Positions 19,646 to 29,512 are shown, numbered from the stretch's first letter. The stretch: DNA of 39,080 bases from Actinomycetota bacterium (GCA_039198505.1 JBCCTP010000001.1:1-39080), one strand, 5' to 3'. Notes: generated from the letters alone by a model not told the origin. Made by a program: numbers and translations.

Positions 19646-21180
19646 GCGGCGCCCGGATCGGACGGGGCGTTCTCCGCCTGCGCCTCGGCCGCCGAGGTGA
19701 GCCCGTCGATCAGTCCGGGGAAGATGAAGACATGGAACGGCGCGACGCCGTACCAGTAGGCCCGCCCCCACAGCCCCCTCGGCACGAAGGTGGCGGTCTG
19801 GGTCAGCCGGCTGCGCGAGCCGTCGGAGCCGGGCATCGGCTCGATCCGCCATTCGAGACTGGCGACGCCGGGCAGTCGCATCTCGGCGCGCAGCCGTAGA
19901 AGGGCGCCCGGCTCGACCGACTCCACCCTCCAGAAGTCGACGGCATCGCCGACGCGGACCCGGTCGGGGTCACGCCGACCTCTGCGCATCCCCGGCCCGC
20001 CGACGAGTTGATCGATCAGCCCGCGAATCGACCACAGCAGTTCACCCGAGTACCAACCACGTCCGCCGCCCACGCCGCAGACGGTCTCGTGGACCACGTC
20101 GGGTGATGCCTCGACCCGACGCTCGCGGACGTCTCGCAGCACGGCGCCGCCCGACCACTGGGCGTCGGTCGGGAGGGGCCCGGCGACCGGCCCGGCCCCG
20201 GCCCCACTCCACCGGGTGATCACCTCGCGCGCCTCCTCCTTCTCCAACGCCAACTGGACCGCGTGGCGGTAGCCGATCTGCGGACCGGGGCAGAGCTCGC
20301 GGATCGCGTCGTCGCGTACGACGACTTCGTTCACGAGGCTGTTCACCAGCGGGCGTGCGAGCGCCGTCGGCAACGGTGTGACGAGCCCGACCCACAGCGA
20401 TGAGAGTCGCGGCGTCAGCACCGGCACGGACACGACGACACGACGACGGAGCCCCGCCTCCTCGGCGTACACCGCCATCATCTCGCGGTAGGTCATCACG
20501 TCCGGCCCGCCGATCTCGAGGACCAGGCTGTCGTCGCTCTCGATCGAGAGGACCTCGACGAGGTAGCGAAGGACGTCTCGGACGGCGATGGGCTGGCATC
20601 GTGTGTCGACCCACTTTGGCGTCACCATCACCGGCAGTACCTCGACGAGGTAGCGCAGCATCTCGAAGCTCGCGCTTCCTGAGCCGATGATCACGGCCGC
20701 CCGGAGTTCGATGACCGGGACGTCGCCGCTCGCGAGGATCGCGCCGACGCGATGACGGCTCCGGAGATGCGGCGAGAGATCGACGTCGGCACCGCGCGCC
20801 GCCCCGAGACCGCCGAGGTACACGATCCTGCGGACTCCGGCAGCCCCGGCTGCGTCGCGCACGTTCTCCGCTGCCGCTGCCTCGCGATGCGTCCAGTCAC
20901 GCCCGTCGCCGATGCTGTGGACGAGGTAGAAGACCGCCGCGACACCCGCCATGGCGTCGGTGAGATCGTCCTCGACGGCGCCCTGGATCACCTCGACCTC
21001 GTCGCGCCACGACGCTTCGTCGAGCTTCGCCGGGGTCCGAGCGAGGCACCGCACACGAAACCCTGCCCGGAGCAGCTGTCCGACGAGCCGCCCGCCGATG
21101 TATCCCGATGCGCCTGCGACCAGAACCAGCGAGCCGGCAGGAACACGCTGGGTCTCTGCTGAATCGATCACCGTTCCCAT
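19573..21180 (-). CDS. Atypical SDR (NAD(P)-binding) + DUF2867 protein, YbjT-like
   Basis: VAGASGYIGGRL, IIGSGSASFEMLRYL, GDAVDFWRVE, LRLRAEMRLPG, GLWGRAYWY. Confidence 0.92.
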   Translation of the reverse strand: MGTVIDSAETQRVPAGSLVLVAGASGYIGGRLVGQLLRAGFRVRCLARTPAKLDEASWRDEVEVIQGAVEDDLTDAMAGVAAVFYLVHSIGDGRDWTHREAAAAENVRDAAGAAGVRRIVYLGGLGAARGADVDLSPHLRSRHRVGAILASGDVPVIELRAAVIIGSGSASFEMLRYLVEVLPVMVTPKWVDTRCQPIAVRDVLRYLVEVLSIESDDSLVLEIGGPDVMTYREMMAVYAEEAGLRRRVVVSVPVLTPRLSSLWVGLVTPLPTALARPLVNSLVNEVVVRDDAIRELCPGPQIGYRHAVQLALEKEEAREVITRWSGAGAGPVAGPLPTDAQWSGGAVLRDVRERRVEASPDVVHETVCGVGGGRGWYSGELLWSIRGLIDQLVGGPGMRRGRRDPDRVRVGDAVDFWRVESVEPGALLRLRAEMRLPGVASLEWRIEPMPGSDGSRSRLTQTATFVPRGLWGRAYWYGVAPFHVFIFPGLIDGLTSAAEAQAENAPSDPGAAQTTPKASIASATFTKPAMLAPRT

Positions 21181-21308
21181 CACACCACAGGTTCGGACGA
21201 CCGGCGTCCTCGTGCACGAGACGTCGCGGGCTGAAACGGCTCGAGGACTACGTTCGTGGCGCCGCTCGGGTGAGTCGACACCGGGCGCGACCATGAGGAG
21301 GACAGTTC

Positions 21309-21872
21309 ATGGAGACCGACACCACCACCATCGTCGTGGTCACACCGTCCCGGCTCGCCGCCGCACGGGAGTGGCCCACCGTGATGCTCATCGCACTCGT
21401 GACCATCGCACTGGGCATCGTCGTGCTCGCCTGGCCGAGTCAGACGCTCGTCGTCGTCTCGGTGCTGATGGGCATCCAGTTGCTCGTGTTCGGGCTCTTC
21501 CGCATCATCAACGCGTTCGCCGCCGACGTCGAGCACCCGGTCCTGCTCGCGCTCGTCGGCATCCTCGTTCTGGTGGCCGGCATCATCGTCGTCCGGAATC
21601 CGTTCGAGACCGTCGCTGTGCTTGCGGTGATCCTCGGCGTCGCCTGGATCGTGGGCGGTGTGATCGACGTCGTCGCAGCGTTGGCTGTTCCGGGGGACGG
21701 CCGCGTGTGGACAGCCATCGGAGGGGTGCTCACCTTGGTGGCCGGCATCGTGGTGGTCTCCTGGCCGGCTCCGACCGTCACCGTGATCGCCTGGGTGTCC
21801 GGGCTGTACCTCGTGATCTTCGGACTCTTCCTCGCCGCCACGGCGTGGAGCCTGCGTTCCCTCACGACCTGA
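21309..21872 (+). CDS. HdeD/DUF308 family membrane protein
   Basis: Six TM helices with repeated GIVVLAWP / GIIVVRNP / GIVVVSWP units. GAGGAGG RBS. Confidence 0.88.
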   Translation: METDTTTIVVVTPSRLAAAREWPTVMLIALVTIALGIVVLAWPSQTLVVVSVLMGIQLLVFGLFRIINAFAADVEHPVLLALVGILVLVAGIIVVRNPFETVAVLAVILGVAWIVGGVIDVVAALAVPGDGRVWTAIGGVLTLVAGIVVVSWPAPTVTVIAWVSGLYLVIFGLFLAATAWSLRSLTT

Positions 21873-21885
21873 CCGATCGCCCGCT

Positions 21886-22941
21886 TCAGCCGACCGGGGT
21901 CGTCCGCATCCAGTCGGCGATGGCCTGGGCGAGCTCCGGGCCGACGTCCTCCTGGATGAAGTGACCGGCCTCGGGATAGTCCTGGTGCGGCTGCCCGGCG
22001 GCGCCGGCGATCTGCACTCGCGTGGAGTCGATGCTCGCCCGATCGCCGAAGATCGGGTCGCGCAAGCCGAACATGCCGAGCACGGGCCGCTCGAACGCAT
22101 CGAGCGCGGCGCGGGCGGCCTCGTTGGTCGGCGCCTCACCGACGGTGTTGACGAGCGACGGGAACATCCGTGTGCCCGCCATGTGGAGACGGGTCGGGAA
22201 CGGGGCGTCGTAGGCGTCGATCTCGGCGTCGGTGATGTCGTCTCGAATGATCGACGCACGCATCACGACCGACGGCATGTAGTCCTTCCCGACCATCGCG
22301 TACGCGATCCACTCGCCGAACACCGCCATGCCGTCCGCACCGCCACCACCGCCGGCGACGAACGGGAACGGGAGGTCCTGCGGCTCGAGTGACTCGGGAA
22401 GCGTGAACGGCTCGAAGCCCTCGGGAACCACGGGCAGATTGCCGTTCGCGACCACCACGCGGGAGAAGCGGTCCGGGTCGTTGCCCACGCAGCGCAGGCC
22501 GATGAGAGAGCCCCAGTCCTGGACGACGACGGTGATGTCGCGGAGGCCGACGACGTCGAGGAACTCCTCGAGCCAGGCGACGTGCTGGAGGTAGCGGTAG
22601 TCGGGGAGCTGAACCGGTTTGTCCGACCGGCCGAACCCGAAGAAGTCGGGGGCGATCACCCGCAGTCCTGCGTCGGCGAGCACGGGAATCATCCGGCGGT
22701 ACAGATACGACCAGTCGGGCTGGCCGTGGAGGAGCAGCACGACCTCACCGTTCGGGTCGCCTGCCCCGACGTAGTGCATCCGCATGCCGTCGACCTCGGC
22801 GTAGCTCGGCTCCCACGGGTAGCCGGGGAGGTCGGCGAACGCAGCGTCGTCGGTGCGCACGAACGGGCGCCCTGCGCTGGTCCAGTGGATCTCGGCCTCG
22901 GCCCCCGTCACGTCGGGCGGCAGGTCGGCGGTGGTCGTCAT
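21886..22941 (-). CDS. Haloalkane dehalogenase family protein
   Basis: LHGQPDWSYLYRRMIP, GFGRSDKP, VQDWG nucleophile, AYDAPFP, AGHFIQED. Confidence 0.92.
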   Translation of the reverse strand: MTTTADLPPDVTGAEAEIHWTSAGRPFVRTDDAAFADLPGYPWEPSYAEVDGMRMHYVGAGDPNGEVVLLLHGQPDWSYLYRRMIPVLADAGLRVIAPDFFGFGRSDKPVQLPDYRYLQHVAWLEEFLDVVGLRDITVVVQDWGSLIGLRCVGNDPDRFSRVVVANGNLPVVPEGFEPFTLPESLEPQDLPFPFVAGGGGGADGMAVFGEWIAYAMVGKDYMPSVVMRASIIRDDITDAEIDAYDAPFPTRLHMAGTRMFPSLVNTVGEAPTNEAARAALDAFERPVLGMFGLRDPIFGDRASIDSTRVQIAGAAGQPHQDYPEAGHFIQEDVGPELAQAIADWMRTTPVG

Positions 22942-23104
22942 GAGGGCTCCCTTCGAGGGCGTCGTCGCTCGAGTCTCGAGCCTGAACCCACCCGTCGCTA
23001 GAACCTTACGTCTAGAAAGAGTGATCGATCATGTCGAACGACCCCGAGCTCGCCGTGTGGTCGCGAGGGCACGGAGCGGGTTCAGGTGAGTAGCGTCCGT
23101 CGCC

Positions 23105-23881
23105 ATGTCGAACGCCGTCAGAGCTCTTCAGCGACGGCGCATCGCCGGCGCACTCGTCGCGGGTGTGCTCGTGCTCAGCGCATGTGGGAGCGACGGGCTG
23201 ACGCTGCCGGGTCAGGGTGAGGACACGGCACCCGAGCAGACCGAGCCCGGGAACCCCGAGCCCGAACCCACCGAGCCCGAACCGGAACCGGAGCCCACCG
23301 AGCCCGAGCCGGAACCGCCGCCACCCGATTCTGCCCCTCAGGAGCCTCCGGTCGAGGAGCCCGACGACGAGGACGACAGCGGGTTGTCGATCGGCCTCAT
23401 CATCCTCATCGCGGTGATCGTGCTCGGGGTGCTCGGGCTGCTGTTCTCGCTCCTGGGTGCCGCGTCACGTCGCGGCGCGGCGAAGACCGCAGCAGACGAC
23501 GCCAGCCGTCGACAGGTCGGCGAGCTCGTCGGACTGAGTCGCTGGTTGGTCGACCAGGGGAGCGTCGACGTGCTGCGTGCGACCGAGCGTTCTCAACTCG
23601 ATCTGGCCTGGCAGACCACTCGCTCACGAGCCGTCGATCTCGAGAACCGCTGTCAGGCGATGGCGGGCGGAACTCGCGATCCGGCAGTACGCGGTGCGCT
23701 GGCGACGCTCGGCATCGACGTGTCGTCGTTGCGGGTCGCACTCGAGACGAACGTGTCGCTCCGGATCGATCCGAACGCCGCCAACATGCAGCAGCTGCTC
23801 CAGGACTCGGCGCAGACGGTGGCGTCACAACGTCAGACGGTCCGCGCTGCCACCGACGAGCTGGCTCGGTTGATCCTCTGA
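23105..23881 (+). CDS. Putative lipoprotein with Pro/Glu-rich linker, internal TM helix and helical C-terminal domain
   Basis: Basic N-terminus plus lipobox LSAC, PE repeats, hydrophobic IGLIILIAVIVLGVLGLLFSLL. TAGCGT -10 box 8 nt upstream. Confidence 0.8.
   Translation: MSNAVRALQRRRIAGALVAGVLVLSACGSDGLTLPGQGEDTAPEQTEPGNPEPEPTEPEPEPEPTEPEPEPPPPDSAPQEPPVEEPDDEDDSGLSIGLIILIAVIVLGVLGLLFSLLGAASRRGAAKTAADDASRRQVGELVGLSRWLVDQGSVDVLRATERSQLDLAWQTTRSRAVDLENRCQAMAGGTRDPAVRGALATLGIDVSSLRVALETNVSLRIDPNAANMQQLLQDSAQTVASQRQTVRAATDELARLIL
23231..23325 (+). repeat. Coding Pro-Glu(-Thr) repeat (PEPEPTEPEPEPEPTEPEPEPPPP)
   Basis: Recurrent CCCACCGAGCCCGA and CCGGAACCG units. Confidence 0.8.
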
Positions 23882-23933
23882 CCGCCGAGACACAGCCTGG
23901 ACGCGGTCGCCCGGCCCGGGGAAGGATCTCGCC

Positions 23934-24746
23934 ATGACAGAGACGACGGTGGGGTTCATCGGTCTGGGTGCGATGGGGGAACCCATGGCGGCGAATCTGC
24001 TCTCCGCAGGGATCGACGTGGTCAGTTGCGCCAACCGGACTCGCGAGGCGATCGAACGTCTTGCCGGTCGGGGCCTCCGCGAGGTCGCCAACGCCGCGGA
24101 GGTGGGTGCCGAGTCGGACGTCGTGATGACCGTGGTCTGGGACGAAGCCCAGAACGACCGAGTGCTGCGCGGTTCGACCGGTGCGATCGCTGCGATGAGA
24201 CGCGGCGGTGTCGTGATCGTCATGAGCACCGTGTCGCCCACCTACTGCCAGGAACTCGCGGCGGAGGCGGCCGATGCCGGGATCAGCGTGCTCGACTGCC
24301 CGGTGAGCGGAATGGTGCAGGGTGCGATCGACGGAACGCTCACCCTCATGATCGGTGGACCCGCCGACGTCGTCGAACGGTGTCGACCGGTCCTCGAACC
24401 GATGGGTTCGCTCGCCCTCTGCGGACCGATCGGAAGCGGTCAGGTGATGAAGCTCGCAAACACTGCGATGGCGATCAGAACCTTCGGGCTCCTGATGGAG
24501 GTGCGCGAGGTGGTCGCTGCGCAGGGCATGGAGCTCGACACGTTCATGGAGTTCCTCAACCGATCGACCGGCCGCAGTTTCGTCTCGGAGAACTGGCCGA
24601 TGCCGCCCACGCGGATCACGTTCAGCGGGATGCCGGTCAAGGACATGCGTCGATGTGCCGCTGCTGCCGACGACGTCGATGTCGCCATGCCGATGCTCGA
24701 GCGGCTCCTGGAAGCCGGTGCCGACGACCACGAGGGGCCGGCGTAA
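23934..24746 (+). CDS. NAD(P)-dependent beta-hydroxyacid dehydrogenase family protein
   Basis: VGFIGLGAMGEPMAANL, LDCPVSG, GSGQVMKLAN. Confidence 0.92.
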   Translation: MTETTVGFIGLGAMGEPMAANLLSAGIDVVSCANRTREAIERLAGRGLREVANAAEVGAESDVVMTVVWDEAQNDRVLRGSTGAIAAMRRGGVVIVMSTVSPTYCQELAAEAADAGISVLDCPVSGMVQGAIDGTLTLMIGGPADVVERCRPVLEPMGSLALCGPIGSGQVMKLANTAMAIRTFGLLMEVREVVAAQGMELDTFMEFLNRSTGRSFVSENWPMPPTRITFSGMPVKDMRRCAAAADDVDVAMPMLERLLEAGADDHEGPA

Positions 24747-24896
24747 GTCGCCGGCCCCGTCGAGTGCTCTCGCTCACCAGCTGACGGCTGTCGGCCAGAT
24801 CCTCGGCGACGGGGCGGTACTCGTCAGCGGGCGATCGCCCCTCGCGCTCGCATGTCGCCCCAGCATTGCGTGGCGGGCGGTGACGACAGAAGGTGG

Positions 24897-25469
24897 TCAG
24901 TCGCCGTGGACTCGGCGCATGCAGTGCTCGAGAAGCGACCGCTGTCGTGCGATCGGCCATGCGCCCGGGTCAATGGCGGCCGCATCTCCGATTGCGTCGA
25001 CGACTGCGACCACGAGTTCCGCGTCGAGGCGAGCATCGTCGGGCGTCACGCCGTCTCCTCCGGCGAGCGCCTGTGTCGCCGTATCGAGCCACTGCGATTG
25101 TGAGCGTCGGTGCTGCGACCGCAGGAACTCCGATCGGATCGCCGCGTCGCTGAACGTGCGCCACACGAGCCAGTCGCGTCGGGAGGTCTCGTCGTTCGGA
25201 AGTGCGTCGAGCAGGGCGTCGACCGGCGATCGGCCGAGGTCGAGCGCGGCGTCGAGCCGCGAGCGCATGGCCTCGTCGGCGTGGAGCAGCGCGGCGAGTA
25301 CGACGTCGTCCTTGTCGGAGAAGTAGTGCGTCACGGCGCCCGTGGTCACCCCCGCGCGAGCTGCGATCGACTTGAGGGTCGCCTGCTCGATCCCCTCGTC
25401 GGCGATGGCCTCGGCGGCGGCCGCCGCGATGGTGGCGCGACGCTCGTCGCGATCGACGACCTTGGGCAT
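24897..25469 (-). CDS. TetR family regulator (BetI-like)
   Basis: MPKVVDRDERR, TLKSIAARAGVTTGAVTHYFSDK. TAGGCT -10 box 6 nt upstream. Confidence 0.93.
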   Translation of the reverse strand: MPKVVDRDERRATIAAAAAEAIADEGIEQATLKSIAARAGVTTGAVTHYFSDKDDVVLAALLHADEAMRSRLDAALDLGRSPVDALLDALPNDETSRRDWLVWRTFSDAAIRSEFLRSQHRRSQSQWLDTATQALAGGDGVTPDDARLDAELVVAVVDAIGDAAAIDPGAWPIARQRSLLEHCMRRVHGD

Positions 25470-25485
25470 TCACGCAGCCTAGGCG

Positions 25486-25515
25486 TTGACATATCCCTGG
25501 TTACGTAATAGAAGT
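25486..25515 (+). promoter_or_regulatory. Probable promoter/operator of the dioxygenase-MOSC operon
   Basis: Perfect TTGACA at 25486-25491, then an AT-rich stretch with the TTACGTAA palindrome. The -10 is non-consensus. Confidence 0.5.
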
Positions 25516-25539
25516 TTCGCAACGATGAGAGGAGCCACG

Positions 25540-26358
25540 ATGTCCGTCAGCATCCCCGAGTGCCGCGCCGGTGACGACGCCGACACGATGTACGCCGCGC
25601 TCGACGAGGCCGGGTGTCTCGTCGTGCACGACATGGTCGACGCCTCGACGATCGCCACCGTTCGTGCCGACCTCGCGGAGTTCATGGCGGCGGCGGAACC
25701 GGCCGCCGACCGTCCCGATGACTTCTATCCGGGGCTGACGCGACGCATCGTCGCCCTGATGCACCGGTCGTCGACGATGCGCGAGCTCATGATGCATCCC
25801 GTCGTCGGGCAGCTCGGCGATCGTCACCTCCTCCCCAACGGGAACAAGTGGCAGCTGAACGTGGGTGCGGCGCTCGAGGTCGGGCCGGGCGCTCGCGACC
25901 AGGTCTTGCACCGAGAGGAGGACCTGTACCCGTTCTTCCCACTCCCGCGTCCCCACCTCATCCTCGCGACGATGTGGGCCATGTCCGACTTCACGGCGGA
26001 CAACGGCGGCACCCAACTCGTACCGGGCAGCCATCGGTGGGACGCCGACCGGCGAGCGGAACCCGACGAGGTCGTCCGCGCTGCGATGCCGGCCGGCTCG
26101 GTGCTGTTCTGGCTGGGTGGGACCCTGCACGGCGCCGGCGCCAATGTGACCACGGACGACTGGCGCTACGGCATCGTCCTGACGTTCAACCAGGGTTGGC
26201 TGCGAACGGAGGAGAACCAGCACCTCTCGATGCCCCTCGCCGACGCTCTCGCCCTTCCGGACGAGGTCCGGACGAGGCTCGGCTTCGACATGGACTACGG
26301 CGACGGCGGGCTCGGCTTCTACGACCCGTCGGTTCTGCTCACCCCGGCGACGGCATGA
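25540..26358 (+). CDS. Phytanoyl-CoA dioxygenase (PhyH) family Fe(II)/2OG oxygenase
   Basis: QVLHREED, DFTADNGGTQLVPGSHRW, TLHGAGAN, GWLRTEEN. GAGGAG RBS. Confidence 0.92.
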   Translation: MSVSIPECRAGDDADTMYAALDEAGCLVVHDMVDASTIATVRADLAEFMAAAEPAADRPDDFYPGLTRRIVALMHRSSTMRELMMHPVVGQLGDRHLLPNGNKWQLNVGAALEVGPGARDQVLHREEDLYPFFPLPRPHLILATMWAMSDFTADNGGTQLVPGSHRWDADRRAEPDEVVRAAMPAGSVLFWLGGTLHGAGANVTTDDWRYGIVLTFNQGWLRTEENQHLSMPLADALALPDEVRTRLGFDMDYGDGGLGFYDPSVLLTPATA

Positions 26359-27242
26359 CGTCCGACGGTGGGGCCACCGCCGGCACGTTGTCGGCGATCC
26401 ACGTGTACCCGATCAAGTCGTGCCGGGCCGTCGCACTCGATCGTGCCGAGGTGACGCGGCGAGGCCTGGCCGGTGACCGCCTGTTCCAGGTGGTCGACGA
26501 GCAGACGGCGCCGGTGACCCAGCGACAGGAGCCGAAGCTTGCCACCGTGCAACCGACCGTCATCGATGGCGGTCTCCGGCTCGACGCCGACGGGCGGTCA
26601 CCACTCGAGATCGCCACGCCGACGACGAACGACACCACGGCGACGTCGCTGCTCGGACTCCCGGTCGACGCCGCCGACGCCGGCGATGATGCGGCAGCGT
26701 GGTTCGCCGACCTGCTCGGCGCACCGGTTCGGCTGGTCGGCGTCACCGATGAGACCGATCACGTGGTTCCGTTCCCCGACGGCGAGATGCACCTCGGATG
26801 GGCCGACGGCTCGTCGGTCCTCGTCGCCAACTCGGCCTCTCACCGGTGGCTCGCCGAACGAGCCGACGAACCGTTCGGGATGGACCGGTTCCGCCCCAAC
26901 CTCACCGTCGACGCCGACCCGTGGGTCGAGGACACCTGGCGCGAGTTGTCGGTCGGCGCGGCGCGACTGGGCGTGGGGCTCGCGTGGCCCCGCTGTGCGA
27001 TCCCGCAGGTCGACCAGGTCGACGGGTCTCGACATCGAGAGCCCGCCAAGGTGCTGAAAGCCCATCGGTGGTGCGCCGACGCGTCGAACGGTCCGGAGGC
27101 CCTCCGGCCGCTCCTCGAAGGCAACGCGCTGTTCGGTATCGGCTGTTCGGTCGAGCGGGCCGGCGTCGAGGTCGCCGTGGGCGACCAGGTCGTGGTCCAC
27201 CACACGGGCATCCGCGTCATCGACGGGCCCGCCTCCGACTGA
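26355..27242 (+). CDS. MOSC domain protein (YcbX/mARC-like)
   Basis: IHVYPIKSCR, GLAGDR, MDRFRPNL, PRC. ATGA overlap. Confidence 0.92.
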   Translation: MTSDGGATAGTLSAIHVYPIKSCRAVALDRAEVTRRGLAGDRLFQVVDEQTAPVTQRQEPKLATVQPTVIDGGLRLDADGRSPLEIATPTTNDTTATSLLGLPVDAADAGDDAAAWFADLLGAPVRLVGVTDETDHVVPFPDGEMHLGWADGSSVLVANSASHRWLAERADEPFGMDRFRPNLTVDADPWVEDTWRELSVGAARLGVGLAWPRCAIPQVDQVDGSRHREPAKVLKAHRWCADASNGPEALRPLLEGNALFGIGCSVERAGVEVAVGDQVVVHHTGIRVIDGPASD

Positions 27243-27264
27243 GTCGATTTCGCGGACGGGTCGG

Positions 27265-28170
27265 TCAGGCGAGCCGGCGCCGGACCTCGCCGCAGAGCGC
27301 GAGCGTCTCGACGGCCTCGGGCTGCGTGATGTTCATGCAGCGGACGACCATCTCGTCGACGCCGATCTCGGCGTACCGAGCGAACGCATCGGCGACCCGC
27401 TCGACGCCTCCGGCGATCACGCCGTCTCGCGGCATGCCGCGGTATCCCGCGGCGATGAGCTCGTCGGCCCGCGCTGACGCCGTGGAGTCATCGTCGAGCA
27501 CGATGACGTCGGCGCGCATGATCACCTGAGCCGACTCGTTGTCGAAGCGGCCGCACGCCTCGCGGAACGTGGCGATGAGGTCGGCGGTCCGCTCGACCGA
27601 CGTTCCCGGAGAGCCGTACCAGGCAGTCCCCTCTCGTGCGGCTCGCTCGAGAGGCCCGGGCGATCCTGCGCCGATCCACCACTCGACCGACTGCTGTGGC
27701 CGGAGACCGATGCTGGCGTTCTCGACGCCGAAGCGTTCGCTGCTCACCGTCTCCCCAGCGAGGAGACCCTTCACCACTCGGATCGCCTCGTCGGTCGCGG
27801 CGCCGCGTCCGCGGAGGTCGGCGCCCATCGCGGCGAATTGGCCCTCTCCGCCGCCGATCCCCGTCTGCACGATGAACGGTCCGGAGGTGAGGGCCGCCAG
27901 GGTCCCGATCTGCTCGGCGACGAGCACCGGGTTCCACAGTGGGAGGAGGAAGAGGCAGCCGGCGGGGCGTGTCGACGTCCACTCGGCGAGCAGCCGACCG
28001 AGCATCGGGGTGTTCTGGTAGTAGAAGCCCGGCACCGCGTGGTGGTCGCCCAGGCTCAGGCTGTCGAGCTCGGCGTCGTCGGCTGCGCGTCCCCGCTCGA
28101 TCAGCCATGTCGCACCAGTGGCGGGATCGGGGGCGGACAGGGCGGAGGTCAACGAGGCTCCGATCTTCAT
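27265..28170 (-). CDS. LLM-class flavin-dependent oxidoreductase
   Basis: DSLSLGDHH, LLPLWNPVLVAEQIGTL, WWIGA. TACCAT -10 box 6 nt upstream. Confidence 0.88.
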   Translation of the reverse strand: MKIGASLTSALSAPDPATGATWLIERGRAADDAELDSLSLGDHHAVPGFYYQNTPMLGRLLAEWTSTRPAGCLFLLPLWNPVLVAEQIGTLAALTSGPFIVQTGIGGGEGQFAAMGADLRGRGAATDEAIRVVKGLLAGETVSSERFGVENASIGLRPQQSVEWWIGAGSPGPLERAAREGTAWYGSPGTSVERTADLIATFREACGRFDNESAQVIMRADVIVLDDDSTASARADELIAAGYRGMPRDGVIAGGVERVADAFARYAEIGVDEMVVRCMNITQPEAVETLALCGEVRRRLA

Positions 28171-28235
28171 CGCCTGATGGTACGGGTCGCTCAGCGGGCC
28201 ACCGTCATGCGCCGAGAGGCGCCATGATGTCGGGC

Positions 28236-28844
28236 GTGGCGAACACGGAGATGACCGGTCGCTCCGTCGCGGAGCCGTCGACCGTGGCGACGCGTCGACG
28301 CGACGTGGTCGACGCGTTCGTCGACCTCATGCTCGCGACCGGCACGCCACCCGCCCCCGAGGACGTCGCCGCCTCGGCGGGTGTCTCGCGAGCGACGTTC
28401 TTCCGGTACTTCGCCTCGCTCGACGAGTTCCGCAACGAGGTCTCGGCGCGCGTCATCGAGCGATTCCCGGAGCTGTTCTCACTCCCGGAGGCCGACGTCG
28501 GTCCCCTCGAAGATCGGATCCAGCGCTTCGTCGACGCACGCTTCGAGCTCCACGAGACCCTGCACGCGTTCGAGTTGCTCGGGCGGGCTCACGCGGTGCG
28601 CGACCCCGCCTCGGCCGACAGGGTCGACGCCGTCCGCACGGTCCAGGCCGATCAGGTGCGGAACTACTTCGAGGCCGATCTCGCGGCGCACGGACCGGCG
28701 CGCTGCGACGACATCGCGGCGGCGATCGCGGTGCTGACGTCGGTCGAGTCGTGGGAACAGTTCCGTCGGTCCCACGGTCGATCCCCGCTCCAGACTCGCA
28801 GGGCATGGCGAGGCGCCCTCGCCGGGATCCTGTGCGTCTCGTGA
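28236..28844 (+). CDS. TetR family regulator
   Basis: HTH EDVAASAGVSRATFFRYF. Start uncertain (28224, 28236 or 28251). Confidence 0.88.
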   Translation: MANTEMTGRSVAEPSTVATRRRDVVDAFVDLMLATGTPPAPEDVAASAGVSRATFFRYFASLDEFRNEVSARVIERFPELFSLPEADVGPLEDRIQRFVDARFELHETLHAFELLGRAHAVRDPASADRVDAVRTVQADQVRNYFEADLAAHGPARCDDIAAAIAVLTSVESWEQFRRSHGRSPLQTRRAWRGALAGILCVS

Positions 28845-28876
28845 CAGCGGGACCAGGTCGGTCGCCGGGGCCGTGA

Positions 28877-29512
28877 TCAGAGCACGCCGGCGAGCCAGTC
28901 GCGGGCGTCGATCATCATCTCGATCGTCTGGCTGTGCGCCATGTCGTAGGCGTGGTGTCGGAGGTCCCATCCACCGTCGCCGAGGGTCGAGATCACGTCG
29001 TTCGGCTGGTCGGGTCCGATGACGGGATCCTTGGTGCCCCACTGGAAGAGCGCCGGTCGCCCGTCGCCGTTCGACAGGTCGAGGTCGAGGCCTGCGACGT
29101 CGGGAACGCCGCAGCAGATTGCCCACACTCCCGCGTAGCGGGGGGCGCCGACCCGACCGGCGAGCGCGAGCGCGAGGAATCCGCCCTGGCTGAATCCGCC
29201 GACGATGCACCGTTCGAGTGGGACCCCCGCCTTCTCGGCTTCGGCGGCGATGAACGCTTCGAGGGTGTCGAACGACGTCATGAACTGTGACCAGTCGTGC
29301 TCGAACGTCTCGAGGTCGATCGTCCACCACCCTGCTCCGTCACCGTCGGGCATGTCGATCGGACCGCGAGGAGCGATCGCGGTGAACCGCTCGTCGGGAT
29401 CGACCAGCGGGACGTACGAGGCGAGGTGGTGCTGCTCGGCGGTGTAGCCGTGCATGAGGAAGAGGAGCCGATCCACGCCGGCACGGTCGATTCGATACTG
29501 CGTCAGTGGCAC
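28877..29512 (-). CDS. Phospholipase/carboxylesterase family alpha/beta hydrolase
   Basis: FLMHGY, GFSQG nucleophile, GTKDPV, MAH. Start could be 29554. Confidence 0.88.
   Translation of the reverse strand: MPLTQYRIDRAGVDRLLFLMHGYTAEQHHLASYVPLVDPDERFTAIAPRGPIDMPDGDGAGWWTIDLETFEHDWSQFMTSFDTLEAFIAAEAEKAGVPLERCIVGGFSQGGFLALALAGRVGAPRYAGVWAICCGVPDVAGLDLDLSNGDGRPALFQWGTKDPVIGPDQPNDVISTLGDGGWDLRHHAYDMAHSQTIEMMIDARDWLAGVL

Noticed and set aside
17951-19852. 633-aa ORF antisense to gdhA
   Set aside because: Codon-register shadow of a conserved gene, with no independent coding evidence.
22998-23015. TAGAAC half-site as a KstR box
   Set aside because: Does not fit the TnnAACnnGTTnnA spacing, and there are no sterol genes nearby.
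24747-24896. 150-bp gap between convergent genes with a GGGCGATCGCCC palindrome
   Set aside because: No convincing ORF, terminator or recognisable RNA motif, and short GC palindromes are common here.
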